A DNA stretch of 63,484 nucleotides from Gemmatimonadota bacterium (GCA_041499215.1 JBGQJV010000001.1:1-63484), one strand, 5' to 3'. Counted from the stretch's first letter, positions 7,408 to 17,405 are shown. The notes: generated from the letters alone by a model not told the origin. Numbers and translations: made by a program.

Positions 7408-9842
7408 GTCGCGGCCGCCTCCTCAGCGTCCATCACCACGATCCGGTGCTGGCACTTGAGGCAGGTCCGGGTCTCACCATCGGCCTTGCTGAATTTCTTT
7501 TCCATGCCCACCCAGCCGCAGTTGGGACAGGTGTCCGGCACGGGCCGGTTCCAGGTGGAGAAATCGCACGCCGGGTAACGCACACAACCCCAGAAGGACT
7601 TGCCGCGCTTGGTCCGGCGTTCGGCCAGGTCGCCGACATCACACTTGGGGCACTTCATTCCCAGCGGAATGGAGCGGGTGCCCTTGCATTCGGGGTAGCG
7701 GGTGCAGGCCAGGAATTCGCCGAACCGGCCGGTCTTGATCACCATCGGTGCGCCGCACAGCTGGCACTTCTCATCGGTCGGCCGGTCCGGGGCCTTCGCC
7801 TTCTTGAGCGACTTCACGTAGTCGCAGGTTTGCTTGTAGTTCACACAGGCGAAGTACGGACCGAACCGGCCGGTGCGGAGCTCCACCTTGGCGCCGCACT
7901 TGGGACAACGCTCCTTCTCCAGCTCCTCCGGCTTGAGGCCGTGCGCCTCGGCCACGATGGCGCCGAGATTCACCGCCGACAGCGCCTTGCTGAACGGGTC
8001 GTAGAAGTCCGACAGCACCTTCTGCCAGGCCAGCTCCCCCTCTTCGATCTTGTCCAGCTCGAGCTCCATCCCCGAGGTGAACTCCACGTTGAAGATCGAC
8101 GGGAAGCTGTCGACCATGATCCGCTCGACGGTTTCTCCCAGCTCGGTGGGGGTGAACCGGCGCTGTTCCAGCTTCACGTACTCCCGCGCCGTGAGCGTGC
8201 TGATGATCTGGGCGTAGGTGGACGGCCGCCCGATCCCGAGGCGCTCCAGCTCCTTCACCAGGCTCGCCTCGGAGAACCGGGGGGGCGGCTCGGTGAAGTG
8301 CTGGCTCGGGATGATGGCACGCACCTCCACCCGGTCGCCCACCTCGAGCGGCGGGATCGGAGCCAGGTCCTCGACCGACTTCCCTTCCTCGGCCTCGCGG
8401 CCCTCGGTATAGACCACGTGATAACCGTCGAACAGGAGCACCGAGCCGGAAACCCGGAACAGATACTTGCCCAGGTCGAAGTCCACGATCGTCATGTCGT
8501 AGACCGCCGGGTTCATCTGCGAGGCGACGAACCGCTGCCAGATGAGCTGGTACAGGCGGTACTGGTCCGGCTCGAGGTACTTCTGCATGTCCTCCGGCCG
8601 GCGCCGGACGTCGGTGGGCCGGATGGCCTCGTGGGCATCCTGCACCCGCGCCGCCTTGGAGGTGTACTGGTTCGGTGTGTCCGGGAGATAGGGCTTGGCG
8701 TAGTTCTTCGCGATGAACGACCGGACGCTCTCGATCGCCGCCTCCGACACCCGGACGGAGTCGGTCCGCATGTAGGTGATCAGGCCGGTCGGGGCATCCT
8801 CGCCGATCTCCATGCCCTCGTAGAGGTCCTGGGCGGCGCGCATGGTCCGGCGGGCGGAGAAGCCCAGCTTCTTCGCGGCCTCCTGCTGCAGCGTACTGGT
8901 AGTGAACGGCGCCCCCGGGCGCTTCTTGCGGTTCCGCCTCTCGACCTTGGTAACGACGAACTGCAGCTTCTGCACGTCGTTCACCACCGCCGTCGCGGCG
9001 GCTTCAGTGGACAGCTCGGGATTGTGCCCGTCGATCTTCTTGAGCTCGGCCGTGAACGGCTGGCCGCCCTTGGCACACTCCGCCGCAATGCTCCAATACT
9101 CCACCGGCTTGAAGGCGCGGATGTCCCGCTCGCGTTCTACGATCAGGCGGAGCGCCACTGTCTGGACCCGGCCGGCCGAGAGACCGGTCTTGATGCTCTG
9201 CCACAGGATGGGGCTGGCCTTGTAGCCCACCAGGCGGTCCAGGATGCGGCGGGCCTGCTGGGCGTTCACCAGCCGGTCGTCAATGACACCGGGCTTGGCC
9301 ATCGCCGCCTTCACCGCGTCCTTGGTGATCTCGTGAAACAGCACGCGGTGCAGCGGCGCCTTGGTCTCCAGCTGGTCCGCCACATGCCACGCGATCGCCT
9401 CGCCCTCGCGGTCCGGGTCGGTCGCCAGATATACCGCACTCGCGCGCCTGGCCGCCTTCTTCAGGTCGGCCAGGGTCTGGGTCTTGCCCTTGATGGTGAC
9501 GTATTCCGGCCGGAAGCCGTTGTCCACGTCCACGCCGAGTTTCCGGGTAGGGAGGTCGCGGACATGGCCGATGGTGGCCTTCACCTCGTAGCCCCGGCCC
9601 AGGTACTTCCCGATGCTCTTGGCCTTGGTCGGCGATTCCACCACGACGAGAGCCGTACCGCTTCCCACCTCACCTTCGTCTCCATCACCGCTGGTGACCC
9701 GCGGGGCGCGCTTCTTCCGGGCCGGTGCCGTGGCTACGGCCACCGGTTTGACCTCTGGCCTGGTGGCCGCCTTCACGGCCTTCGCTTCGCGAGGACCGGG
9801 AACACGCTTTGCTGGAACCTTGGGTTTCTTGGTCGTTGCCAT
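7404..9842 (-). CDS. topA: DNA topoisomerase I
   Basis: TOPRIM VVVESPTKAKSIGKYLG, active-site region LITYMRTDS, four C-terminal CxxC zinc-ribbon repeats, Lys/Ala-rich N-terminal tail. Confidence 0.95.
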   Translation of the reverse strand: MATTKKPKVPAKRVPGPREAKAVKAATRPEVKPVAVATAPARKKRAPRVTSGDGDEGEVGSGTALVVVESPTKAKSIGKYLGRGYEVKATIGHVRDLPTRKLGVDVDNGFRPEYVTIKGKTQTLADLKKAARRASAVYLATDPDREGEAIAWHVADQLETKAPLHRVLFHEITKDAVKAAMAKPGVIDDRLVNAQQARRILDRLVGYKASPILWQSIKTGLSAGRVQTVALRLIVERERDIRAFKPVEYWSIAAECAKGGQPFTAELKKIDGHNPELSTEAAATAVVNDVQKLQFVVTKVERRNRKKRPGAPFTTSTLQQEAAKKLGFSARRTMRAAQDLYEGMEIGEDAPTGLITYMRTDSVRVSEAAIESVRSFIAKNYAKPYLPDTPNQYTSKAARVQDAHEAIRPTDVRRRPEDMQKYLEPDQYRLYQLIWQRFVASQMNPAVYDMTIVDFDLGKYLFRVSGSVLLFDGYHVVYTEGREAEEGKSVEDLAPIPPLEVGDRVEVRAIIPSQHFTEPPPRFSEASLVKELERLGIGRPSTYAQIISTLTAREYVKLEQRRFTPTELGETVERIMVDSFPSIFNVEFTSGMELELDKIEEGELAWQKVLSDFYDPFSKALSAVNLGAIVAEAHGLKPEELEKERCPKCGAKVELRTGRFGPYFACVNYKQTCDYVKSLKKAKAPDRPTDEKCQLCGAPMVIKTGRFGEFLACTRYPECKGTRSIPLGMKCPKCDVGDLAERRTKRGKSFWGCVRYPACDFSTWNRPVPDTCPNCGWVGMEKKFSKADGETRTCLKCQHRIVVMDAEEAAAT

Positions 9843-9902
9843 GCGCTCGAGTTTACCTGCCGTGGGTCATCCCGGGAACAACCCCGGATGCCCACAAGAA
9901 AA

Positions 9903-9929
9903 CGCCTTGCGGGGTACATTGGCAAGGCG
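9903..9929 (-). terminator. intrinsic terminator-like hairpin downstream of aroK
   Basis: Minus strand CGCCTTGC-N10-GCAAGGCG followed by TTTTCTTG. Confidence 0.5.
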
Positions 9930-9968
9930 AACCAATCGAAGTTGCTGCACCCCAATCACTTGACCCGC

Positions 9969-10484
9969 TCACCATCCAGCGTTGGCACGGGCCAGCTGAA
10001 CCACTTCATCGGCCAGCGCGGAGGGCGATTTCACGTCCGCCTTCACCTCGCTGTCCGCCCGGGAATAGAATGCGTCGCGCTCCTTGAGCAGTTGCCGCAT
10101 CTTCTCCACCGGATCCTCCCCGATCAGGAGCGGGCGTCCACCATCCGCGGAACGCTTGGCGGCGGTCACCGCCATGGTTCGAAGATAGACCAGGTAGCAA
10201 GAGGGCCGCACTTCCTCGAGGGCGCCGGGCTGTGCCGCCCAGCCGCCGCCCGGCGTGATGATCGCGGGCTCCCCGGAGACCGCCTGTCGCATGGTCTCGA
10301 GCTCGAGGGCCCGGAATTTGGCTTCGCCATGCTCGGCGAAGATCCGGTTTACCGGCATCTGCATCTTCCGCACGATCAGCGAATCGATGTCCACCACATG
10401 GCTGCCGAGCCGTTCGGCCACCAGCTTGCCGACCGTGCTCTTCCCCGCCCCCGGCAGACCGATCAGCACGATGTGCCGTTTCAT
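9969..10484 (-). CDS. aroK: shikimate kinase
   Basis: MKRHIVLIGLPGAGKSTVGKLVAERLG. Start at Met43 of the ORF. ATGA overlap with the aroC stop. Confidence 0.9.
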   Translation of the reverse strand: MKRHIVLIGLPGAGKSTVGKLVAERLGSHVVDIDSLIVRKMQMPVNRIFAEHGEAKFRALELETMRQAVSGEPAIITPGGGWAAQPGALEEVRPSCYLVYLRTMAVTAAKRSADGGRPLLIGEDPVEKMRQLLKERDAFYSRADSEVKADVKSPSALADEVVQLARANAGW

Positions 10485-11737
10485 TGACCCTCCACCGCTA
10501 CTGCGCCCGGCGGAGCGAGCTCGGTCCACCGCTCCCGCAGACGGGCCAGATAGCCCTCGAAGTTCCGCCGCGTCTCCGTCAGGGAGTCGCCGCCAAATTT
10601 TTCCAGCCACGCCTCGGCCAGGACGAACGCGGTCAGAGCCTCCGCGATCACACCCATCGCCGGTACGGCGGTGACGTCGGAGCGCTCGGCCTGCGCCTTG
10701 GCCGGGAGCCCGGTCCGCAAGTCGATCGTCGGCAGCGGCGACATCAGCGTGGCGATCGGCTTCATCCCGACCCGGATGACCAGTGGCGCGCCGGTCGTGA
10801 TTCCGCCTTCCAGCCCCCCGGCGTTGTTGCTGCGCCGGACATAGCCGCCGTGCAGGCTGGGCGGGGGCGCGGGCTCGCCCGGGGTGGCAGCCGCGTCGAT
10901 GGGATCATGGACCTCCGAGCCAGGCCGCCGCGCGGCCTCGAAGCCCATGCCGATCTCCACCGCCTTGACTGCGGGAATCGACATGAGCGCGCCGGCCAGC
11001 CGCCCGTCCAGCTTCCGGTCCCAGTGGACGTGACTCCCGAGACCGGCGGGCAGCCCGCGCACGACGACCTCGCATTCCCCACCGAGCGTGTCCCCGTCCT
11101 TCCGGGCCTGGTCGATCCGCGCGATCATGGCGGCATCCACCGCCGGGTCCAGCACCCGGACTTCGGAACGGTCCGCCGCCGGATTGAGCGGCAGCGGGAG
11201 GTCGGCGGCGGGAGCATGGGCCTGCCGTGCCTCGATCCCGCCGAGGGACACCACGTGGCTGCCGATGTCTACTCCGAACTCATCCAGCAGCCGGCGGGCC
11301 AGCGCACCGGCCGCCACCCGAGCGGCCGTTTCCCGCGCGCTGGCGCGCTCGAGGATGTCGCGCGCGTCGCTGCGGTCGTACTTGAGCACACCAACCAGGT
11401 CGGCGTGTCCCGGCCGGGGACGGTTGAGCCGCCGGCGTCGCTCTTCGCCGGGGACCCCTTCGGCCGCCATGATGTCTTCCCAGTTGCTCCAATCCCGGTT
11501 GTGGATCAGCATCCCCACCGGCGAGCCCAACGTCTCCCCCGCGCGCACGCCGGACATCCACTCGATCCGGTCCCGTTCGATCTTCATCCGGGCGCCCCGG
11601 CCGTAGCCCATCATCCGCCGTCCCAGATCCCGGTCCACCCATTCCGCCGACACCGGCAGCCCGGCGGGGAGGCCCTCGACGATGACCACCAGGGCCTTGC
11701 CGTGAGATTCGCCGGCGGTGAGGAAACGAAGGGGCAT
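10481..11737 (-). CDS. aroC: chorismate synthase
   Basis: LRFLTAGESHGKALV, GRSSARETAARVAAG-like region. Start at MPLRF (Met13 of the ORF). Confidence 0.95.
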   Translation of the reverse strand: MPLRFLTAGESHGKALVVIVEGLPAGLPVSAEWVDRDLGRRMMGYGRGARMKIERDRIEWMSGVRAGETLGSPVGMLIHNRDWSNWEDIMAAEGVPGEERRRRLNRPRPGHADLVGVLKYDRSDARDILERASARETAARVAAGALARRLLDEFGVDIGSHVVSLGGIEARQAHAPAADLPLPLNPAADRSEVRVLDPAVDAAMIARIDQARKDGDTLGGECEVVVRGLPAGLGSHVHWDRKLDGRLAGALMSIPAVKAVEIGMGFEAARRPGSEVHDPIDAAATPGEPAPPPSLHGGYVRRSNNAGGLEGGITTGAPLVIRVGMKPIATLMSPLPTIDLRTGLPAKAQAERSDVTAVPAMGVIAEALTAFVLAEAWLEKFGGDSLTETRRNFEGYLARLRERWTELAPPGAVAVEGQ

Positions 11738-11795
11738 CGGGGATAGTGGTCTGTCAGCTCGGATTTGGGCCACGGGGCCCGGGTTCCTGGTTGAA

Positions 11796-11850
11796 AGCTA
11801 AGAGCTATGAGCTGAGGCTGATAGCTCATAGCCCCCGCAGCTCATAGCCC
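11796..11850. repeat. degenerate tandem heptamer array, unit AGCTCAT-like
   Basis: agctatg agctgag gctgat agctcat agccccc gcagctcat agccc, in the aroC/pilQ spacer. Confidence 0.6.
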
Positions 11851-11873
11851 TTGGCCCTGGCCCGAAACACGAA

Positions 11874-11892
11874 GCCCGACCGGCGGTCGGGC
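11874..11892 (-). terminator. short GC hairpin just downstream of pilQ
   Basis: GCCCGACC-ggc-GGTCGGGC, about 30 nt after the pilQ stop. No clear U-tract. Confidence 0.4.
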
Positions 11893-11921
11893 TCGCGGCT
11901 TACGCGAGGACGGGCCGCCGG

Positions 11922-13718
11922 TCAGTCGCCGGAGGCGTCGTCGATGATCCTGGGTGTCACCAGGATAATCAGGTCCTGGCGCTCCTCCTGATCATTGGTG
12001 AACCCGAACAGCTTGCCCACGATCGGGAGGTTGACCAGCATGGGAATGCCGGACTTGGTCTTGGTCACGGTGGTCACGGTTAGCCCACCGATGACCGCGG
12101 TCTCCCCGTCGTTGACCAGCAGCTGGTTCTTGGCGTTCTGCTTCTGGATCGTGAACCCCAGATCGGCGGCGGCCAGGGTCCGGAGATTGGAGCGCTCGGC
12201 CTCGATCTGCAGCATGATCTGCCGGTTGTTGGTGACGTGCGGCGTCACCCTGAGCGAGATACCGGTCTCCTTGAACTGCACGGTCGCCTTGGGCAGCGTG
12301 CTCCCTGTCCCCGACGCGCTGAAGTCGATGATACGGACCGGGATGTCCTCGCCCACCTTGATGATCGCCTCGCGGTTGTCCACCGTGGTTATCGAGGGCT
12401 CGGCCTGGACGTCGGCCAGGGTCAGTTGCTGCAGCGCCTGCAGGAAGCTGGTGAAGGAGTACCCGCCGATCGTGGTGGACCACAGCAGGCTGAGCGCCGG
12501 CTGGGCAATGATGGCGTCCGCATTGGCGATCGCCGCGACGCCGTCACCGGCGAAGACCACGGTGTTCTTGTCGAAGTTGTCCCCGCTGGCCGGATCGACT
12601 CGCGAGCGCAGCTTGTTGAAGAAGGGATTGTCGCTGAGACTCTTGCCGCCGAAGTCGTACTGCAGCCCCAGGGCCTCGAGGTTGGTCCGGTCCACGAAGA
12701 TGATCTTGGACTGGATGGAAACCTGCGGCGTGCGCACGTCCAAGTTCTTCACGAACTCCTGCACATCCCCGATCTTGCTGCGGGTCTCGGTCACGATCAG
12801 CGAGTTGGTGGTGGTGTCCGCAACCACCGCGCCCCGCTTGGAAACGATGGACTTGACGCTGTTGATCATCTGGCTGGCGCTGGCATAGTTCACCGGAATC
12901 ATCCGGGTGGTGAGCGGCTCGGTGGAATCGAGCGCCGCCAGGGTCGCCGGCGAGTCCACCCGGATGATGCCGCCGGGCAACTCGATCGCCTGCAGCCCCT
13001 GGGTGGCCAGCACCGCCGCAAACGCCTCGGTCCAGGGCTGGTTCTTGATCTCGGCGGTTACCTCACCCTTCACATCCTTGCCCAGCACGATCGTACGGCC
13101 GGAGAAGGCGGCGAAGCCGGCCACCACGTCGCCGATGTTGGCCCGGTCCCAGGTCACGGTGATCCGCGCGGCGGGCTGCTGTGCCGCGAGGATGGCAGGG
13201 GCGGGGCCCGGGGGCAGCTCCACCTCAGGGGCGCGGCGCGCCGCCACGGGCGGTTGCAGATCCGCGGGCGAGGCGCTGGACCAGGCGAGGAAGCTGTCGT
13301 CGGCGCCGAACCGCACCCGGATGGCGTCGCCGCTCTTCTCCAGGCGATAGTCCCGCGCGCCGTCGAGGTAGATGGCCACCCGGACCACGTCGGGCCGGAA
13401 CTGGGAGTAGCGGATGTCGCGGATGCCGCCGCGCGCGACCCCGTCGTAGGCTGCCCCGCTCTTCTGCAGGGTGGCGCCGACGACGTCGATCACCAGCCGG
13501 TCGGGCTCGCGCAGGACGAAGTCCCGCACGTCGACGGTCGAGCCCTGGAAGGCGATGACGATTTCGGCGTGACCGGGGGTCGGGACCACGCTCACCGCTG
13601 TCACCTCGGCGCCGGCGGGCGGATCATCAGCCCGGGCGGGCTGGGCCGCGAGAAGCGCTGCGGCACCGAGGCAAAGCCCCAGCGCCAGCGAGGAAACGAA
13701 CAGGAACTTGCGCGTCAT
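11922..13718 (-). CDS. pilQ: type IV pilus secretin PilQ
   Basis: Signal peptide. AMIN-like N-domain. Secretin C-domain (GETAVIGGL ... IPMLVNLPIVGKLFGF). Last gene of pilMNOPQ. Confidence 0.9.
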   Translation of the reverse strand: MTRKFLFVSSLALGLCLGAAALLAAQPARADDPPAGAEVTAVSVVPTPGHAEIVIAFQGSTVDVRDFVLREPDRLVIDVVGATLQKSGAAYDGVARGGIRDIRYSQFRPDVVRVAIYLDGARDYRLEKSGDAIRVRFGADDSFLAWSSASPADLQPPVAARRAPEVELPPGPAPAILAAQQPAARITVTWDRANIGDVVAGFAAFSGRTIVLGKDVKGEVTAEIKNQPWTEAFAAVLATQGLQAIELPGGIIRVDSPATLAALDSTEPLTTRMIPVNYASASQMINSVKSIVSKRGAVVADTTTNSLIVTETRSKIGDVQEFVKNLDVRTPQVSIQSKIIFVDRTNLEALGLQYDFGGKSLSDNPFFNKLRSRVDPASGDNFDKNTVVFAGDGVAAIANADAIIAQPALSLLWSTTIGGYSFTSFLQALQQLTLADVQAEPSITTVDNREAIIKVGEDIPVRIIDFSASGTGSTLPKATVQFKETGISLRVTPHVTNNRQIMLQIEAERSNLRTLAAADLGFTIQKQNAKNQLLVNDGETAVIGGLTVTTVTKTKSGIPMLVNLPIVGKLFGFTNDQEERQDLIILVTPRIIDDASGD

Positions 13719-14677
13719 TGGGTCTCCGCCTCCCTCTTGCGAAGCGACAGGGTCTCCTGCCGCTCGAATCCGATGTCCTCGACCGTGAAAACCACGTCTG
13801 TCTGCCGGATCTGTGCCACCTTCAGACGACCGAGCCGGTCACCCACCCGCATCTTGTATCGCTTCTGGCTGGTCTTGTCCCGCAGAATCGCAACACTGTT
13901 GTTGGCCCGCCGGAGATCCAGGTACACCCCGACCAGGAGCAGGTCGGAAAACTCCGGCCCCAGCTTGTCCTCGGTGATGAGCGAGGCGAACGGATCGCGG
14001 GCGCCGCCGGCGTAGGTGAAGGTCTCGCGCACCACTTCGGTCTCCCGCGCAACCTTGGTCGAATCGGTCCGGGTGCTGTCCGCCTTGGCTCGGCGGAGCG
14101 AGTCCTCCCGGGCGCGGGTGGCCAGCTGCGCGAGCGAGTCCTGTTTCGCGCGCTCCTTGGCCAGACGGATCGAGTCTGCCCGCATGACCTGCTGCTGTTG
14201 CGGGGTCAGGGCCGGCTTGCCCGGCGCCTGCGCCGGACCGGCAGGCGCCGCCGTCGGCTTCGAGGCTTCCACCGGTGCGCTGGCCACCGGCTTTGCGGCC
14301 GGCACCTTCGCCGTATCCTGGGTGGCTGTCGGGGCCGGAGTACCGGCCGGGGTGGTCGCGGCGACGGCCGGCTGTGCCGGCGGCTTGCCGCAGGTCTGCA
14401 GCACCTCGGGCTGGATCATGCCCGCGGGCGCGGACGCCACCTTCTTCTTGCCGGCGGGCGTCTTGGTCAGCACCGCGAGCACCGAGTCGGAGCAGCTGGT
14501 GAAATGAGCCCGGGCCAGCGAGTCCGCCGCAGCCGCCCTGCGGACGCTATCGCGCCGAGCGCGGACGGCGGCGAGGTCTACCGCTGGGGGCTCGTCTGCC
14601 GCCTTCTTGCCGCCACACGCGGCCAGACCGAGGATCAGCCCGAGCAGGGCCGTCCGGGCGAGCGCCTTAGGTGCCAC
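13715..14677 (-). CDS. pilP: PilP-like pilus assembly lipoprotein with a long Ala/Pro-rich linker
   Basis: Lipobox LGLAACGG. C-terminal beta-domain (VGVYLDLRRANNSVAILRDKTSQKRYKMRVGDRLG). Position between pilO and pilQ. Confidence 0.7.
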   Translation of the reverse strand: MAPKALARTALLGLILGLAACGGKKAADEPPAVDLAAVRARRDSVRRAAAADSLARAHFTSCSDSVLAVLTKTPAGKKKVASAPAGMIQPEVLQTCGKPPAQPAVAATTPAGTPAPTATQDTAKVPAAKPVASAPVEASKPTAAPAGPAQAPGKPALTPQQQQVMRADSIRLAKERAKQDSLAQLATRAREDSLRRAKADSTRTDSTKVARETEVVRETFTYAGGARDPFASLITEDKLGPEFSDLLLVGVYLDLRRANNSVAILRDKTSQKRYKMRVGDRLGRLKVAQIRQTDVVFTVEDIGFERQETLSLRKREAETQ

Positions 14678-15299
14678 TGGACTGTCCCTCCGGACTCGAG
14701 GTCTTCACGAAGGTACGGACCTGGAACCGGGCCTCCAGCAGCGCCCCGGAGCTGTCGCCCAGCGCCTTGGCGCGGGTCGGGTCGGCCACGCCCAGCGTCA
14801 GGTCCACCGGCACGATGATCCGCTGCAGACTGGCCACGTCCGAGAGGAACTCCCCCAGCTGGTCGAACCGGCCGATCACCGAGTACTGGTATTTGTAGGT
14901 CTGGAATGGCGCGGGACCCGGCTCGGGCGGCAGTGGCTGGAACTGGGCCACCTGCACACCCCGGATCTTGGCCCGGGTCGAGATCTCGTCCATGAGGTTC
15001 GCGACCTCGTTCCGGTCCGGCACCAGCCGCCGCATGAGCTCGAGGCTCGTGCGGTAGCCTTCCAGCCGGCGGCGCAGATCCTCCACGCTGCCCTGCGCCA
15101 GCAGCTTCTTGGCGCTGTCCGTCAGCAGCACCAGCGAGTCGAGCGTCTTCTGCCGTGCCGTGATGCTGTCGCGGGTCTGGGTGAGACCGCGGAGACCCAG
15201 GGTATCGAGACCGGTTCCGCTGTAGCCCAGGTACCCCACCACGATGGCGATGAGGCCGAGGAGCAGCGGGACCTGGCGTTCCTGCGAGATGCCGGCCAT
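14667..15299 (-). CDS. pilO: type IV pilus assembly protein PilO
   Basis: Single TM (VPLLLGLIAIVVGYLGY) followed by a coiled-coil. Operon position. Start at MAGISQE (Met50 of the ORF). Confidence 0.8.
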   Translation of the reverse strand: MAGISQERQVPLLLGLIAIVVGYLGYSGTGLDTLGLRGLTQTRDSITARQKTLDSLVLLTDSAKKLLAQGSVEDLRRRLEGYRTSLELMRRLVPDRNEVANLMDEISTRAKIRGVQVAQFQPLPPEPGPAPFQTYKYQYSVIGRFDQLGEFLSDVASLQRIIVPVDLTLGVADPTRAKALGDSSGALLEARFQVRTFVKTSSPEGQSSGT

Positions 15300-15301
15300 G
15301 G

Positions 15302-15988
15302 CTACCTCACCGACTGGCTGAGGGGCACCGTGCGGATATACGCCGAGTCCGCACGCTGGAACGACGCCTGAATGGTGAACTGGGTCACCGGCCGTTCCTT
15401 TTCCACGATGGTCTTGGCTTCGAGCGGAGTAACGTCCGAGACCCAAGGCGAGGCCTCGAGCTGCCGCAGGAACCTGGTGTATGCCTGGAGGTCCATGGTG
15501 CGACCCTCGAGGCGGAAAGTGATCGGTCGGGGGGCGGCGGTGTCCGCCGTGTCGGCTACCGCGGCCGGCGTCACCTGCGCCGCCAGGGTGGTGAGCCAGG
15601 TGTACGGCGGCAACGCCTTGGCCACTTCATCCAGCACATGCGGCCAGACGTACCGGTTGCCATCCACGCCGCGGATGGTGGAAATCTGGGCCAGCAGGGA
15701 ATCGCGGATCATTTCCGCCCGGCGCTTCTGCCGCAGCAGACCATCGAACCGCTTGTACTCGTCGCGGGCCGTCTCCAGCCGGGGTCCGAGGTCGTTGAGC
15801 TTGGCGTTGGCGGCGACGAAGGACACCCCGAGGAAGCCGGCGACCGCGAGACTCAGTGCGACCGAACCGACCAGGAACGGATCCTTGACCTTGGCGAAGA
15901 TGCCCTTGGCCCGTTCGCCGACGTCCTTGAACCCGCCCCCGGCGGCCTTGCGCTTCTGACCAGGGCGAAGATTGACGGTGATCATCAT
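15302..15988 (-). CDS. pilN: type IV pilus assembly protein PilN
   Basis: N-terminal MMITVNLRPGQKRK, then a TM segment (VGSVALSLAVAGFLGVSFV). Operon position. Confidence 0.8.
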   Translation of the reverse strand: MMITVNLRPGQKRKAAGGGFKDVGERAKGIFAKVKDPFLVGSVALSLAVAGFLGVSFVAANAKLNDLGPRLETARDEYKRFDGLLRQKRRAEMIRDSLLAQISTIRGVDGNRYVWPHVLDEVAKALPPYTWLTTLAAQVTPAAVADTADTAAPRPITFRLEGRTMDLQAYTRFLRQLEASPWVSDVTPLEAKTIVEKERPVTQFTIQASFQRADSAYIRTVPLSQSVR

Positions 15989-16013
15989 GGGTGGCGGACT
16001 CCGGGCTTCGGGC

Positions 16014-17057
16014 TCACGCGGCGGTACGCAGCGCCAGACCGATCGGCAGCATCAGGAGCGGAGAGATCTCGTCCATGTTCATGGTCGAGAAGACCCCCTC
16101 GGCGACCTGCAGGCGGGCGAGTGGATTGGCCAGCTCGACCGGCAGGCGCAGCCGGTCTCCCAGCACCTTGTTGAGACCCGGAATCCTACCCCCGCCACCG
16201 GTCAGCCACAGGCGGGAGATCCCACTCGCGGACCGGCTGGCCGACTGCAGGAAGGCCGCGGCGCGCTCGATACCCACCGCCAGCTCCTCACCGCGGGTCT
16301 CCAGGAAGGGGTCCAGGATCTCGTTGCGCTCGAAGCCCTGCAGCAGCTGATCGGCTTCCTCGGCCGAAAGCCCCCGCTCCCGCTGGATGTCCTCCCGGAA
16401 GCGCCGGGTCCCGACCGGCAGGTCCCGCGTCAGGACGGGGATGCCGTCCTCCAGGATGTTGATGTTGGTCATCTCGTGGCCGATGTTCACCAGCCCCACC
16501 ACCCCGCGCATCTCATCGGGGTAGTTGACCTCGAACGCGTTGTGCAGGGCAAAGGCATCAACGTCGATAACGGCAGGGGTGAGGCCGGCCTCGGCCAGGA
16601 GAGACACCTTGTTCTCCACCAGCTCCCGCTTGGCGGCCACCAGCAGCACGGTCATCTGCAGCCCTTCGCCGTCGGGGTCCAGGATCTGGAAATCGAGCTC
16701 CACGTTCTCCATGTCGAATGGCACGTGCTGCTCGGCCTCCCAGCGGATCACCTCGCGGGCGTCCGCTTCCTTCATCCGGTCCATCTGGATCTTCTTGATG
16801 ATCACGTCGCGCCCGCCGACCGCGATCACGACCTGCCGTGGCTTGAGTCCGGCGGAGGCGAGCAGGCCCTTGATGGCATCGGCCACGATGCCCGGGTCCA
16901 TGATTTCGCCTTCGACGATCGCGTCGTCAACTACGCTGGTGTAGGCCACCTTGGTCAGGACCGGATCCCCGGCGCCATGGGTAATGGCGACGAGTTTGAT
17001 CAGGCCTGACCCGATGTCCAGGGCCACAGTGGTCTTCTTCCGGCTGAAAAGGCCCAT
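16014..17057 (-). CDS. pilM: type IV pilus assembly ATPase-fold protein PilM
   Basis: Actin-like fold motifs ALDIGSGLIKLV, VNIGHEMTNI, LTGGGGRIPGL. Confidence 0.9.
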   Translation of the reverse strand: MGLFSRKKTTVALDIGSGLIKLVAITHGAGDPVLTKVAYTSVVDDAIVEGEIMDPGIVADAIKGLLASAGLKPRQVVIAVGGRDVIIKKIQMDRMKEADAREVIRWEAEQHVPFDMENVELDFQILDPDGEGLQMTVLLVAAKRELVENKVSLLAEAGLTPAVIDVDAFALHNAFEVNYPDEMRGVVGLVNIGHEMTNINILEDGIPVLTRDLPVGTRRFREDIQRERGLSAEEADQLLQGFERNEILDPFLETRGEELAVGIERAAAFLQSASRSASGISRLWLTGGGGRIPGLNKVLGDRLRLPVELANPLARLQVAEGVFSTMNMDEISPLLMLPIGLALRTAA

Positions 17058-17105
17058 AAAGGCATCCAGACCGTGTCGGTTCTTGGAACTGGGAGTGGGA
17101 TGGCT

Positions 17106-17134
17106 ACGCTACAAGCCGTCCCGGCTTTTGTCAA
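17106..17134 (-). promoter_or_regulatory. candidate sigma70 promoter of pilMNOPQ
   Basis: Minus strand TTGACA-17 nt-TAGCGT, about 50 nt upstream of the pilM start. Confidence 0.4.
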
Positions 17135-17405
17135 GCTGCCAAGTTGCTTTAGGTGGAACCAACAAGCTATTGCCGAGGCGGAACTTATCCCACTAGCCAT
17201 CAGACGATGCTTGAGGTACGACCCACCATTTCATGACTCGAAGCACACCTCGTACCACGACCAATCCGGGATTATCGGCCAACGGCCCTAACAGGCTGAG
17301 GGTACGTCCTGTAAGCTGCAGCCGAACAAGATGTTACAAGCGGCAAGCCACGACCTCGGTCGTGGCAGGGCTGGGAGCGACTGGGGACTACCCGGGAAAG
17401 ACAGT

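Noticed and set aside
7446-10487. 1013-aa plus-strand ORF spanning topA/aroK/aroC. Similar giant ORFs occur at 37434-40526 and 51662-54223.
   Set aside because: These are antisense shadow ORFs, typical of high-GC DNA. Their composition is Arg/Gly/Pro/His-rich junk. The opposite strand encodes unmistakable TopA, GGDEF-EAL and PilC/PilT proteins.
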